This document shows positions 24,493 through 37,536 of a DNA stretch of 64,000 nucleotides, piece by piece. Made by a program: the position numbers and the translations under genes. The DNA comes from Podarcis pityusensis (lineage: Eukaryota). Every line of letters begins with the position of its first letter. Within the stretch, counting starts at the first letter, position 1. The DNA lies in the NCBI GenBank assembly GCA_964106645.2, contig OZ067044.1; one strand, 5' to 3'. Below the pieces are notes generated by a model that was not told the DNA's origin, did not search any database, and worked only from the letters and a program-made list of their open reading frames with translations.

Positions 24493-26913
24493 CTTATCAT
24501 CACTTGCCATCTCAGAAATTAAATTGCTTCCTCCGTTGCCTGTAAAAGGCACAGCAGGTTTTTCACTGCCAATAATATTGTCTACCATCTGAACACTGGG
24601 TGTCAGGAAGGTAAACTCGTTCTTCCTGGACTCAGAAGACAGACACAGCTGGTAGGAATAGGGCAAAGTCCCATCTTCAAAGTTGGGTGGGAAGATGGCA
24701 CCATTCTTGGAATGGGGAACAGGACCAAAGCACTGAAGGAACCTGGGATGCCCTGATTGACGGAGCTTCATTGTAACGGCCAGAATCACAGTCAAGAGGA
24801 ACAAGAAGGAGATCACAGCTAAGGCCAGCACCAAGTAGAACTGCAGGTCAGACTGATACTCCGAGCTGCTGGGTTGGCTCTTCATTTCCGGAAGGGCCTC
24901 CTGAAAGTTCTCAGCAAACACCAGGTTCAGAGTCATGGTGGCCGAGAGAGGCGGCTGCCCGTTATCCTTCACCATAATGACCAGTCTCTGTTTCACAGCG
25001 TCTCTCTCCACAAAGGCCCTGGCTGTCCTGATCTCTCCAGTATGAGAACCAACCGTGAAGAGTGCCGGCTCAGTGGCCTGAGTCAGGTGGTAGGAGAGCC
25101 AGGCGTTGTGTCCAGAATCTGCATCCACGGCCACCACCTTGGTGACAAGATAATCTGCCTCGGCCGAACGAGGCACCATCTCAAACAAGGCTGAGCCCTT
25201 GGCTTCTTGGGAGGGGGACAGGATACGAGGGCTGTTATCATTCCTGTCAAGAACAAACACCCTGACGGTCACATTGCTGCTGAGAGGGGGAGAACCCCCA
25301 TCTTGGGCCTTCACTTGCAGATGGAACTCTCTGAATTGTTCATAGTCAAAGGATCTCTGGGCATAGATGGTGCCGGTCTCAGAATTAATGGAGATATAGG
25401 AGGAGATGGGAAGCTCCTCGATGTTGCTGTTGAGGATGGAGTATGTAATCCGTGAGTTCTGGTCCATATCAGGATCAGAGGCTTTGATGGTGAAAATGGA
25501 GGCACCTGAAGGATTGTTTTCTGGCACGTAGATGTTGTAGGATGGTTTCTGAAAAGTAGGGGCATTATCATTGATATCTGAGATCTGTAGTGAGATTGTT
25601 TTGTGTGTGGAAAGAGGTGGAGTTCCTTTATCAGTGGCTGTGATTGTAATATTGTATGCAGGAGCTATTTCTCTGTCCAAAGGACTGTCTGTCTGGAGTT
25701 TGAAGTAATTGTTAGATGAGGGAAGAACTTTGAAGGGTAAATCATTGTTTAAGTAGCAAGTAACCTTTCCATTATCACCACTATCTTTGTCATTCACATT
25801 AATCAGAGCAATTACAGTTCCCGGCAGAGAATCTTCAGGAACGGGGCTGAACATGGAGGCTAAAGTCACCTCTGGGGCATTATCATTCTCATCAAGCACA
25901 GTTATTTCAATATTGCAATGTGTTAACAGTCCGCCACCATCTTTTGCTGCAACCATCATTGTATATTCTTCAGTTTCCTCAAAGTCCAATGGATCTATAA
26001 GAGTGATTGTACCATTTCTTGGATCCACTCTGAATTTCAATTGGACATTTGCTGGTATATTGCTGAAATGATACCTGATTTGGGCATTTGTACCTTCATC
26101 TTTATCTGAGGCTGCAACCTGAAGTACAGGAGATCCAAGGGGAGTATTCTCCCTCAAGCTGACCTTGTACACCTCTTGAGTGAAAACAGGTGGGTTGTCA
26201 TTCACATCAGTAACATTAATCCATATCTGGGCAGTCCCAGTTTTCCTAGGCTGACCGCCATCCAAGGCTGTAAGGATTAAGTGGAACATCTGTTCATTTT
26301 CCCGATCCAGTGGTTTATTTAGCACTAATTCTGCATAACTATTTCCATCTTTTCTCTTTCTAACTTCCAAAGTGAAGTACTGATTGGAGCTCAGCTGGTA
26401 ATCCTGGAGAGAGTTCATCCCAATGTCAGGATCTTCCGCTTTCCCAAGGAGAAATCGTGTGCTTGGCAGAGTGGTTTCAAGCATCTCTAAATTGATATTG
26501 CTATTCAGGAACTGGGGTGAATTATCATTAACATCCTGGATTTCTACTGTTACATGGAAAACATTCAGCGGGTTTTCTACCACAACTTCAAACTGAACAA
26601 AGCAAAGTGGATTTTTGCCACATATCCCCTCCCTATCAATCCTGTCATTTACATAGAGGTTTCCATTCTCTGCATTGATACTGAAATGCTGCATTTTAGC
26701 CACAGACACAGTGTGCAGATTGCGATGTTTTAGTTCTTTGGTGCTCAGTCCCAGGTCCTTGGCGAGGTTCCCCACAACGGAACCCTTTGCCATCTCCTCA
26801 GGGGTTGAATAATGAATCTGCTCTGATGCAGCCCAACAGGTAAAAGACAATAGAGAGAGAAGCAGTACTTGCCTTGTGAGTGCCCTGCCATTCCCTGGGT
26901 GCCTTCTCTCCAT
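24493..26913 (-). CDS. PCDHG: Protocadherin gamma variable exon, gamma-B-like, M subfamily (gene 3)
   Basis: ORF MERRHPG... with six EC repeats and TM. Donor AAG|GTAGGG at 24493 gives 807 codons, the same length as genes 6 and 8. Confidence 0.93.
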
Positions 26914-27184
26914 CTGGCTGGTTCTCTCAAAAACAGGTTGCTTCCTTTTCTCAGTTTCCTATGCTCAAGCTCTCACAGTGATGAAGGAAACAACATGAGG
27001 TATCACTGAGGAAGAATAAACTGCCCTTGTTCTCATATGTGTGCAAAGCAAAAGAGATTTTTCCTTCTCTGCGAGAGTTCCCTGTCTCTGTGCTCTTCAG
27101 TTGGCCTGATCTGAATAACAGTGATGGGAGTTACTGCAGTCTAGGAAGCATCAATGGATCTCTATCCTCTCTCTGGCTGTCATA

Positions 27185-27226
27185 CTGGCCAACACTGACA
27201 CTTGGAGGACTACTGAAGGAACTGCA
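27185..27226 (-). promoter_or_regulatory. CSE-type element of gene 3 (CGCT replaced by CAGT)
   Basis: TGCAGTTCCTTCAGTAGTCCTCCAAGTGTCAGTGTTGGCCAG; same 42 bp spacing. Confidence 0.8.
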
Positions 27227-27482
27227 AGGAAAACCATGTTCACCATAACATAGAAAGATGGAACTGAAAGAATGTACATGTTTCTACAATGTGAACTTTC
27301 TCTTTAGCCAACTGCAAGTGGGGCATTTGAAAAAGCTTTTCCTTGTTTCACCTTTGTTTAGCATATTTATTACTTATTACTTTTATTGTCCACACCTTCA
27401 GCAACAGAGGCTTCCAGGGTGGGGTACAGGTCCAAAACAGCAATATAAATAAAACAAAAATAAAATAAACTACACTCATAAT

Positions 27483-27655
27483 AGAGACCAACTAAGTTTG
27501 TTATTGGTATGAGCTTTCATGTGCATGCACACTTCTTTGTGCATGCACACGAAAGCTCATACCAATAACAAACTTAGTTGGTCTCTAAGGTGCTACTGGA
27601 AGGAAATTTTTTATTTTGTTTCAACTACGGCAGACCAATACAGCTACCTACCTGT
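27483..27655. mobile_element. Short interspersed-repeat insertion (Penelope-like) with fold-back structure
   Basis: 15 bp TSD AACTACACTCATAAT (27468-27482 and 27656-27670); 50 bp inverted arms; same repeat seen unpaired at 24095-24195. Confidence 0.65.
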
Positions 27656-27814
27656 AACTACACTCATAATGTTTGGTTATGAACAGATTTCATTTATTTT
27701 CTAACTGGCCTCAATCCAACTCCCTTTCAAAATGGGATTGGTGGCTCTGGCAGATTTTCATTATTCCCCTTACACATGCATGCAAAAGAAGCACAAACTA
27801 TCCCTTTTTAAATG

Positions 27815-28600
27815 CAGTGAAAGGCCCTTTGAGATACTAGGTGTGGATAAACTTCTGGATTATTTCCCCCCGCTTCACTCAGTTCCCTTCAGCAACAAAG
27901 TGAAGTATTGGCTCTCTTTTCCCTGCTACTCTTCTCAGTAACCTCAGTTCATGGTAGATGTGGGCAGAGATGGCAGTTAGCGGTTTGCAGACATATTCAA
28001 AGGAAGATTCCTCTTTTGCCTTCCTTGTCAATAATGGGTGTAGCTTCTTCATGCCCTAGGACTTTGACTGAGGAGGCTGCAGCTCCCAGAGGAGACCAGT
28101 GGCTCTCTCCAAGGTCTTCAGCAAAGGGGTCAGAAGACAGCAGAGGAACACAGAGGCTAGAGCTACTTTCAGTGGCTTTTTAGATAGTACTGTGAAAATT
28201 GAGATTGCATCTGGGACTGCAGTTTCGCTTACATGAAGATGATACTCATGTCCATTTTTTATTGGTAATATGGTGACATTGTTAATATATATACTTGTGT
28301 ACAGATATAACCAGTATATTTAACGTTCCCCCACCATATTACATATCTGTGTTGCACAAATAAACTGTGCCATTAATTTGAAGCAGAGAATTGAATCCTG
28401 TCATGGTAAACAGTGTGGGGTGGTTTCATGGTTTGAGAGTTTCTTTATCACCAGTAGTTGCTGATCCTTGGTGATACTTCCAAGTGAAGAGCCTTCCTCC
28501 ATTTCCTCAGGGAAAAAGTGGCGAATCTTCAAGGAGTGGTAATGACTTGCCAATGTTAACAGATAAAAGAGACAGAGTGATAAAAGAATTGTAAGTCTAA
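27815..28600 (-). pseudogene. Decayed Pcdh variable-exon 5' part (signal peptide, EC1, start of EC2)
   Basis: LTILLSLCLFYLLTLA...KIRHFFPEEMEEGSSLGSITKD, then RIQFSASN, LHVSETAVPDA, SQYFTL and YPHLVSQRAF in shifting frames, colinear with EC1-EC2. Confidence 0.7.
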
Positions 28601-29100
28601 GGTGTTAGAAGCGAGATCTTCTGATTCTGAGGTATAAATAGGACCAATGTGAGCAATTTTGTTAGCAGGTTTTATTGAAAATATGCCACCGTGGTCTTTA
28701 GGAGGTAGCTTGCTTTGGGTGGTGGGGATAGATTGAGTTGTAACTTCCTGTCAACAGCTAAAACAGTCCTGCATGGCACCCCCATGCAATTTCAGCGAAC
28801 AAAGAAACTCTCTTTGCTGCTCCTAAGACAAATCATAGAAATGCAAACGGGCCTTGTGCCATGTTCAGACATATTTAACAAAAGCCTGACATTCTTTATA
28901 AAGTTATCCAACTCCATCCAGAACTGAAAGATTTTCATTGCTCTCATAGCTTCTCTCATTCAATTGCAGAAAGTTTTTTTTTTAATCATATAAAATACAA
29001 GGATGATAAATATACAATTACATATGGCTTGAGCTAACTGGAGGCAACTAAAGGAGGACACACGTAAAAACTACCCCCCTCCCACCCTTGGGACTTTGCA

Positions 29101-29363
29101 GAGTTATGCGGCCACTGCCAGATCCACAGCCCTGCTGTTCACATTAGCCATAGCAGAATATGGAGATCCAGAATGACCTGGTCCGAGTCTGTTGCATGAC
29201 TGCAGCAAGACTGGCTCAGGATACAGCAGTTACTGGGCCAGCTCAGCCACGCCCCTGCCCTCAGAATGCCCCATTTGGGGCTCTCCATTGGCTCCTGCGC
29301 ATCCAGCAGGTAGAAGGTGATGTCAGCTGAGCCGAGAGAGCCAGGCAGGGGGACGTCTCTGCC
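29101..29363 (-). pseudogene. Decayed cadherin EC2-end/EC3 relic
   Basis: One frame reads GSADITFYLLDA...HATDSDQ (cf. [12 protein letters not shown]...KATDLDE); a shifted frame gives GSGRIT. Confidence 0.45.
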
Positions 29364-30753
29364 TAATCCAACCCCGTTCCCTAGCTCAGTGGAAATGGGG
29401 CTTGGTTTGCGTTGTGTATCATCACTGGCTTATTAAAATACCTGTCTGGCCTCTTTAGACTCTCAGATGAGGCCAAATATTATTGCTCAAAATGTGAAAT
29501 AAATTTGCCTTGTTATAATATCCTACTACACAAACATTTAACACACCATTGTTTTCTATATGATGAAATTCTGGGAGACTGAACCAATGGAAGGGAAAGA
29601 GCAGGGAGCCATTCCCCACTGGCAGAGACAATACTTGGCCATTATATGGCACTTCTGAGTGTTAGGCCAGTGTTATTTATTGCACTGGTATTACAGATTT
29701 GCAGCTGAGAATGAGAAAAAGTAACATGCCTAATGAGAGCAAAAGTATATGTGGCTTTAAATGTTTTATTACATTGAATGAAAATGCATTCTTAATGGAA
29801 ATAGATGTCATTGGGGGAGCAGGATCATGACCATGGGTGCAGAGACAGTATCAATGGGACCTTTCTTCTTCTCAGTGCAAATAATGAAGTGGGTTAGGAT
29901 TTTTCTTGCAACTCTGCTTCTGCTGTCCCATCCAAGGGATCTATTTCCATTTTTAAATGCAATAAATCATTTAATGTCACCAAAGTTTGTGGCAAGAGCC
30001 AAAATTCAAATTACAGATCTCATGCCTATCAGCTCACATACTTGGCCAATAAACTAGATGAGTTCTTACTTAGTATACAGGTTTAATTCCTGATATCTCC
30101 AGTTTTTTAAAACATCTAATAAAACTAGGCTGAGAAACACCTGAGTTACTACCTACTGCTCATAAGGCTGGAAAATACTAATTAGATAGATTATTGACCC
30201 TGTTTAGTAAACACACAACTGATCTATCCATATGAGTAAAGACATAAACTATTTCAGACACAGAATTAGAGGGCAGTAAATAAAAGTTCAAATATTTTGG
30301 GAAGCCTGGATTTTCCACAGATACTATTATTTGAGAACTAAATAACCTTTCCAAGAGGCAAGAAGGTCAAGAAAGAAGCTCTGAAAGAAGCATTCAATTT
30401 AAACAAGATAACCATCACAATCATGCAAAAATTGCTGAACAAGAAAATATATGAATATCTCTAATATTTGTCTCATGGTTGCTCTTTAAGCACTTAAGCT
30501 CTTGTGGGACAAGCTGTTTACAATTCTCCTATCTCTACACGCATTTGCTTGTGACAGAAACAACCACATATACAAAAAGTAAACTATGTGAACTCCCAAA
30601 CCTCATTTTATCTGAAGAGAACAAGTATAAATGAGAGAATATGTCTCCAGTTCCATTTCTTCAGAACAAGTGCAAAACAAATAATATAAATGGCATTAAT
30701 GTCTAACTGAAAATATAAAGTGAAAAACCTTTGATTTGATAGCAAGACTTCAC

Positions 30754-33168
30754 CTGTATATTGGCTGAATCCCCATTACTGTTTGCAATCTCTTCAGCAA
30801 TGAGAAAGGGATCATTTATCTCACAGGGCTGGTGACTGGTCATAGTATTGGAAATATTTCCCTTGGGAAATCCGAAATTGCTCTTCCTAGAGTCTGTAGT
30901 GAGAGAAACCTCCTGGCAGTAGGAGTGCAGAAATGCTCGGACTCCGTCAATCCCCACAAACTGTGAAACTGGAACTCCACTAAACTTCTCAGTTCCAGAC
31001 TGTGAATATCTCCACCTATGAAGTTTAACTGCCAGTAACACAAGGAGGAAGATGAAGAACAAGCAGGAGACAAAAGCCACTGCAAGCACCAGGTAGAAGG
31101 TGAGGTCAGACGGAGGATCTACAGGAGCTGAGATGCTGCTCAGGTCTGAGAGGACTGCAGGGATGGTGTCAGCCAGCACCACAGTCAGAGTGGCTGAAGC
31201 AGAGAGAGGTGGCTGCCCATTGTCCTTGACTAAAACCACCAGGCTTTGCTTGAGGGCATCTTTCTCCAGAAAGAAGCGGGCCGTCCTGATCTCTCCCGTG
31301 TGGAGCCCCAGAGTGAAGAGGCCTGGCTCGGTGGCCTTGATCATCTGGTAGGAGAGCCAGGCATTCTGGCCAGAGTCCGCATCCACGGCCACCACCTTAG
31401 TGACCAGGTAGCCTGGCTCTGAGGAGCGAGGGGCCAGCTCTATCCCTGTGGAGCCGTCAGTGGGAGGGGAGGGGTACAGGATTTGGGGAGCATTGTCATT
31501 CTGGTCCAGGATGAAGAGAGTCACTGAGACGTTGGAGCTGAGTGGTGGGGAACCTCCATCCTGGGCCTTGACCAGGAACTTAATCTCCCTCATCTCCTCA
31601 TAATCAAAAGAGATCAGGCCATAGACAATCCCAGTCTCAGAGTTAATGGAGAGGAAGGAAGATACTGGCGAGTCACTGATGTTGTGCTCAATGATGGAAT
31701 AAGTGACTCTGGAGTTCTCTCCACAGTCTGGATCATCAGCCTTCAGGGAAAATATGGAGGCCCCTCTTGGGTTGTTCTCCATTAAATAAGAAGTGTAAAC
31801 AGATTGCAGGAAGTGTGGAGGGTTGTCGTTTGTGTCTAAAACCTCAAGTGGAATAACAATCGATGTGGAAAGTGGAGGGGCCCCATGATCCGTGACTTTG
31901 ACAGTGATGTTGTAGGCTGCCACCTGCTCTCTGTCCAGGGCTCTTGCTGTCACCAAACTGTAGTAGTTGCCATAGGCTTTTGTCAGTAGAAAGGGGAGGT
32001 TGCTGGGGATAGAGCACGTGACTTCTGCATTCTCTGCCGAATCCTCATCTTGCACATTCAGAAGGGCTATTGCAGTCGCTGGTGGAGAGTTCTCAGGGAT
32101 GGAGCTGATAAGTGAAGTTATTTCCAGTTTGGGTGCATTGTCATTTACATCAGTAACAAATACTATGACAGTTGAAGTGTCAAATAGACCTCCACTATCA
32201 TGGACCTGGACCTCCATTTCATAAAGAGCAGAGTCTTCGTAGTCTAAGCTTCCTATGAGAGTTATCTCACCTGTGTGTGTATCTAAGTGAAATATCTGGG
32301 AAATCTTTTCCGTGATTTTTGCAAATGAAAATGTCATTTCTTTGTTGGTCCCTTCATCCAAATCAGTAGCTTTTAATGTAACCACAATGGTTCCTATAGG
32401 TAAATCCTCCCTTGCGCTCACTTCATAAATGCGTTGGCTAAAAATTGGTGCATTGTCATTCGCATCCAAGACTGTAATGTGCAGCTGTGCAGTGCCACTC
32501 CTGACTGGATCCCCACCATCATATGCGGTGATGATAAGATTATGAACTGCTTCTTTTTCATGGTCCAGAGGTCTTTCCAACACAATTTTTCCATATTGTT
32601 TGCCCTTAACTGATGTTTGGAGAATCAAAGAAAAATGGCTTTGATTGTTGCTGAGTTTGTACCCCTGTAGAGAATTGTTTCCTAAGTCAGGATCTTGAGC
32701 TTCCAAGAGGGGAAACTGGGACCCCAAAGCTGCATTCTCGCTGATATTTATCACTAGTTTCTCTGACGGGAAGGTGGGCGCGTGGTCATTGATATCTGTG
32801 ACTTCCACTTCAACTCCATAAATTTTCATTGAATCTTCAACTATAATCTCAAAATTCAAAATGCATTTCTCTTCCTGACCACAGATCTCCTCTCTGTCTA
32901 TTCTCTTTGTGGTGTGCAAATGGCCACGCTTATAATTCAAAGCAAAATACTGAGTCCTACCTGGGGAAACAATGCGAATTCCACGATCTGAGAGCTCCTT
33001 TGCGTCCAGTCCAAGATCCCTTGCAATATCCCCCACCAAAAAGCCTCTCTCAGTTTCTTCAGGAATGGAGTACCTGATCTGTCTGGTGATGGCTTGGCAG
33101 ATGTTAGCAAAGAGAAATAAAAAGAAAACTCTCCTTTTGCAAGCTTGAGGATACTTTGCTGTTGCCAT
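30754..33168 (-). CDS. PCDHG: Protocadherin gamma variable exon, gamma-A-like (gene 4)
   Basis: [43 protein letters not shown] and [27 protein letters not shown] are gamma-A signatures. ATG 33168; donor CAG|GTGAAG at 30754; 805 codons. Confidence 0.95.
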
Positions 33169-33354
33169 TCCTGGTCTGATATGAAGCTGTTGGGGAGATC
33201 TGTGATTCAGGATGACGGAGTGTTGCCAGAAAGGGTCTTGCAGCTGAGATTCCCAAAGCAAAAATGTTCACTGAAACTCTGATCTCTCAGCATTTTCTGA
33301 GCTGAGCAGCTCATATGGGAAGGATGAATTTCTCAGTGCATTTCTTAGCCTTGG

Positions 33355-33395
33355 TTGGTCAACAGCGACACTCAGAGTCACAGCTAGGAACTGCA
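33355..33395 (-). promoter_or_regulatory. CSE / CTCF-type element of gene 4 (CGCT intact, spacer 1 bp shorter)
   Basis: TGCAGTTCCTAGCTGTGACTCTGAGTGTCGCTGTTGACCAA (41 bp). Confidence 0.88.
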
Positions 33396-34389
33396 CACAC
33401 TACATTTTTTGTTTCGATTCTCATTGTATATCCAACTCCATGTATATATATATATTTAAAAATAATGAGAAATATTTAAATACAATGCACAAATTAATTA
33501 CTAACCTGTTTTATCACTGAATGTCATGCTTGTGTTTCCTTGCTCTATCAATTTAATGCATTTATTTGCGTCAATACACAAGACATATAATAGGATCACA
33601 GATTTGGAAAGCACCACGAAGGTGATCTAGTCCAATCCCCTGCAATTCAGGAATCTTTTTGTCCCACATGGGGCTCAAACCCACATCCCTGAGATTAAAA
33701 GTCTCATACTCTACTGAACTGAGGTATCCCACATAAGCGGGAATGCTGCTGATGTGCACACTGTTTCACAGATAAACAAAACCAAGTGATTATTTATTTT
33801 AATTTATCATGAAACACCAGGTTATGCCTTATAAGCGTAGAAGTGGATTCTTATTCGCTAGAAAAGGAGAGAACCCCAATAACCAACAAGTCAGTTAAAC
33901 CTCCCTTGGTAAGATTAAGTTTTCTACATAGGTATGTAATGTGCAACTCCACAGTTACCGCATAAACAAGTATGGAAATTTGTACACAGGAATCCTAATG
34001 TTAGATGAAAATCATGAAAATCTTATGTTTTTATGCATTTTCCCTAGCTCTTGGAACATTGACTCCTAAATATATATAGTATTTTAAGAACATTTTTACT
34101 GGAAATATGTGTGTCTTTTCAAGGCTCAATACATCATAGCATCTACTAAGAATTCCTCACAAAACATTATGAGGGCAGGTGAGGGGAGGGAACTTGTAAA
34201 ATAATTTCAAAGTAAAACATTCTAAAAAAAAATTATATGAAAAATGCAAACTAATGGATGCTTAATTAAACATTTTCTGAAAATTTATTTATTATAATTA
34301 TTTTCTTCAGCAGAAGGGTTGGAATAATTCTTTTTTGAATCTTTCCTAAGTTGTTAGCTGTCTGTCGATCAGCATTTACGGAATGCATG

Positions 34390-34660
34390 TATCCAGAACA
34401 GTTATTCTCGGTCCCTAGTAGGAATCTGGCTACTCCAAGAGTTCTCCTGTAAATGCAAACTACGCATGGTCCAGCTCTTTTGCGCCACAGCATCACAATG
34501 CTGACTCATATAACAGTATTCATCTAGCATCTGCTCCCTCTGTCTTTCAGAAGTGCTATTTTCTGTGCTTTTGATTATAGTTTCCTTACAAGTCCTTACA
34601 GTTGAATCTTTACAATCTGCCAAATTCTGGAGGTAAGGAACATTTTCAGAGAAACCCATG
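34390..34660 (-). pseudogene. Decayed Pcdh EC1/EC2-start relic
   Basis: QNLA, SERQREQM, LHLQENS then frameshifted LGVARFLLGT (cf. [32 protein letters not shown]); CSE-like core ~330 bp upstream. Confidence 0.55.
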
Positions 34661-35087
34661 CATCTTCCTTCCTTCCTTCCTTCCTTCCTTCCTTTCTGTT
34701 TACTGAGGGTACAATAAACAGCTTCTATTTAGACAGCGCCTGTTTACTGAGGGTACAATAAGCAGCAATGTTAAGATCTCTCCCGCTTCTACTTAGGCAG
34801 TGGTGGGTCATAAAAATCTGTTCACTGGTATTAGTTCCATAGCAGACCCTGCCTCCTGCCTCCTACTTGCTGGTGCCATGCAGAGCTCCTTCTGCAGCAT
34901 TTGCTCCCCTGTGGCCAGAGCAGGATCTAACCACCAATGCAGGAACAATTACAGTAATTGCTCTACCAGCGCTTGGCATGGTATTGGATCCAACAGCGTG
35001 AAATAGGTTTGTTGGACACCATAGGCTGTGTACACATGTAGCCTCTAAAATGCACAGGGGAAATCCCCCCTTCACTTTGTACGTAGT

Positions 35088-35219
35088 NNNNNNNNNNNNN
35101 NNNNNNNNNNNNNNNNNNNNNNNNNNNNNNNNNNNNNNNNNNNNNNNNNNNNNNNNNNNNNNNNNNNNNNNNNNNNNNNNNNNNNNNNNNNNNNNNNNNN
35201 NNNNNNNNNNNNNNNNNNN
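35088..35219. other. Assembly gap (132 N)
   Basis: Run of N. Confidence 1.
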
Positions 35220-35591
35220 AGGAACTCCCAAAGTTGTTGAGCTTCTTTTTGGGAGCCGTCAAAAACACACGCCACACCAACTACCTTAAAAAGAGCCCAA
35301 AACACTCACCAGGCCAAGTCCCAATCCATCCCAGGTCTGCCGGAACGCTCAGGAGAGGTGCTACTGGAAAAAAGACCTGGTTGTTTGCAATTTCACACAC
35401 CTTTGTGCAATAACATCATCCAAAGTAGCAGCTACTCTCTGTGCTGTCTGTACACAGGTGGGCATGTTTTCAAACTAGTGTGTAATGAAGTTCTGTGTTC
35501 CCCTCCCCATCAGTACTTCCTATTTTCACATACCTTTTTAAAAGCACATATTTTTCAGTCTTTTGAGAGGGGGTTGGAAACTGATGTGTTG

Positions 35592-35637
<46 letters not shown>
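35592..35637. repeat. (TATACA)n microsatellite
   Basis: Direct. Confidence 0.95.
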
Positions 35638-36774
35638 GTTTCTGGAGAGAGCTAAGTTGCTGTACTGCTCCGTTTTTGTTTTTGCCTCTTTCATTCACAG
35701 ACAGGTTAAACAAGGTGAGTTGCAGTGGCACAGCCATGCAACATCAGTAGATCTGCTCCAATAGGAGGTGACCTAAGAAAGCATTCTTGGTCTACACATG
35801 CATGCAACAAGTGCTTGAGAAGTAAAATCTTGGCACAAAACAGATTATAACCATTCCAGAAGGATACACCTAAAATGACAAATAGTGTGGGACAGGGCTG
35901 ACATCGGGATGACGTGTGCACAGCACCCCCAAAAGACGTATCTGAATCCGGCACTGAATGCACATTATCATGCAGTTTGTACACACCATTACTGGTATAT
36001 TTGAACTCATAAGCTCTAGATGAAGGAGGATGTCAAAGGATTGCTAGATTAGAGACTTTGGCAATTAAGTAGTATATGAAAATACATTAAATGAAAAGAT
36101 TGTGATAATTACATTATGACAATCAGGAACTGAGAGCAATAGAAAGACAAAGTAAGAGAGTGATACAAGAAATCAAGATATCTAATTCAGAAGGATTTTA
36201 TGATACTGTAGAGGTTTCCTTGGAAAATAACAGAAGTAGTTTGATTTTGATTTGTCCACATTAATGGTAATAGCCCCTATTATTGTTCTGTATAATAGCC
36301 CACAAGATGCAATTTCCCCCCATTAATTAAATTCATTAAATTTTCATCTTACGGTCTGTCTCACAACACCACACAGCATACCCTTGCACAGAATTCCATT
36401 CCATGAAAACATAAGAACAGTCCTACTGAATCAGACCATTGACCTATCCAGTCAAGCATCCTGTCTCCCACAGTGGCTGGCCAGATTCCTCTCAGAAGCT
36501 CCATTCTTGGACCACAGCAACTAAAATCAGGGGCACAATGCCTCTGGGACTAGAGGTAATATTGCCACCATGACTACAAACCAGTGATGGCTTTATCCAC
36601 CATAAATTTCTTTATTAAATTTACATCTTGCCATTTTTCCTGTAGGAGCCCTCATATGATCTAATTCTCCTTAAAGCCACCAAGTTGGGGGTGATCACTG
36701 CATCTTGTAGTAGCAAATTCCATAGCTGAACTATAAGGTGAACTATAACTTACATTGTTATAAAGAACAAAGAA

Positions 36775-37400
36775 ACATAACATAAGAAGAAGCCTGCAAT
36801 ATTGGCCCAAAGGTGGAGCTTGTCCAGCACTCATGGAGGCCACCAGAAGCCCATGGGAAGCCCCCAAGCAGAACATGAGCACAGCAGCACTGCCACCACC
36901 TGTGATTCAATGAAACTCATACTCACAGGCATATAGCCTCTGGCAGTGGAGGCAGAACCTAGACAACATGGTTAGTAGCCATGGAATTTGTGTAAACCGC
37001 TTTTAAAGCCATTCAGGCTGTGGGCTATCACAGCCTCTTGTTAGTTATGAGAGAGAGAAAACTTTTCTATTTCTGCATTTTCCACACTATGCTGAAATCT
37101 ATGCCTCTCAATTATGTCCTTCCTTATTTGCCTTTTCTCCCCTAAACTTAAAAATAAAAAATATCATAACCTTTTTTCATAGGGGAATTACTCCACCCAC
37201 CTGTCATTGTGCTTGCTCTTTCCTGAACATTCTTCAGTTTTATTTTTAATTCCTTTCCTAACAATTTCTACCATGGTTTTCACCTTTTCCACACCTGTTT
37301 TACACTGTGTCGATATCTTCATCAAGCTATCCACTATGACTCCAGGATCTTATTCCTAGTCAGTCACCGCTGATGACAAAATATGTGAAAAAAAGATTTC
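36775..37400 (-). mobile_element. Decayed CR1-type LINE fragment
   Basis: ACATAAGAAGAAGCCTGC terminus and CR1-like body; related ends at ~36410, 47787-47985 and 60920-61150. Confidence 0.55.
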
Positions 37401-37536
37401 TTTGCACTTTCTTACATGGGGTCTTACATTGAATTGCTGTTACCTTATTACTGATATCTACATTAGTACGGAAAACTCAAATTCACCGCACTCTTCCATT
37501 TCATTCATAATTACTAGAAGTTAAACCATAACAACA

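Noticed and set aside
26240-26290. Exonic CTCF site over LTALDGG as in Pcdh-alpha
   Set aside because: Only a partial core match, no upstream module, and not shared by paralogues.
34863-35305. ORFs spanning the N run
   Set aside because: Artefacts of the assembly gap.
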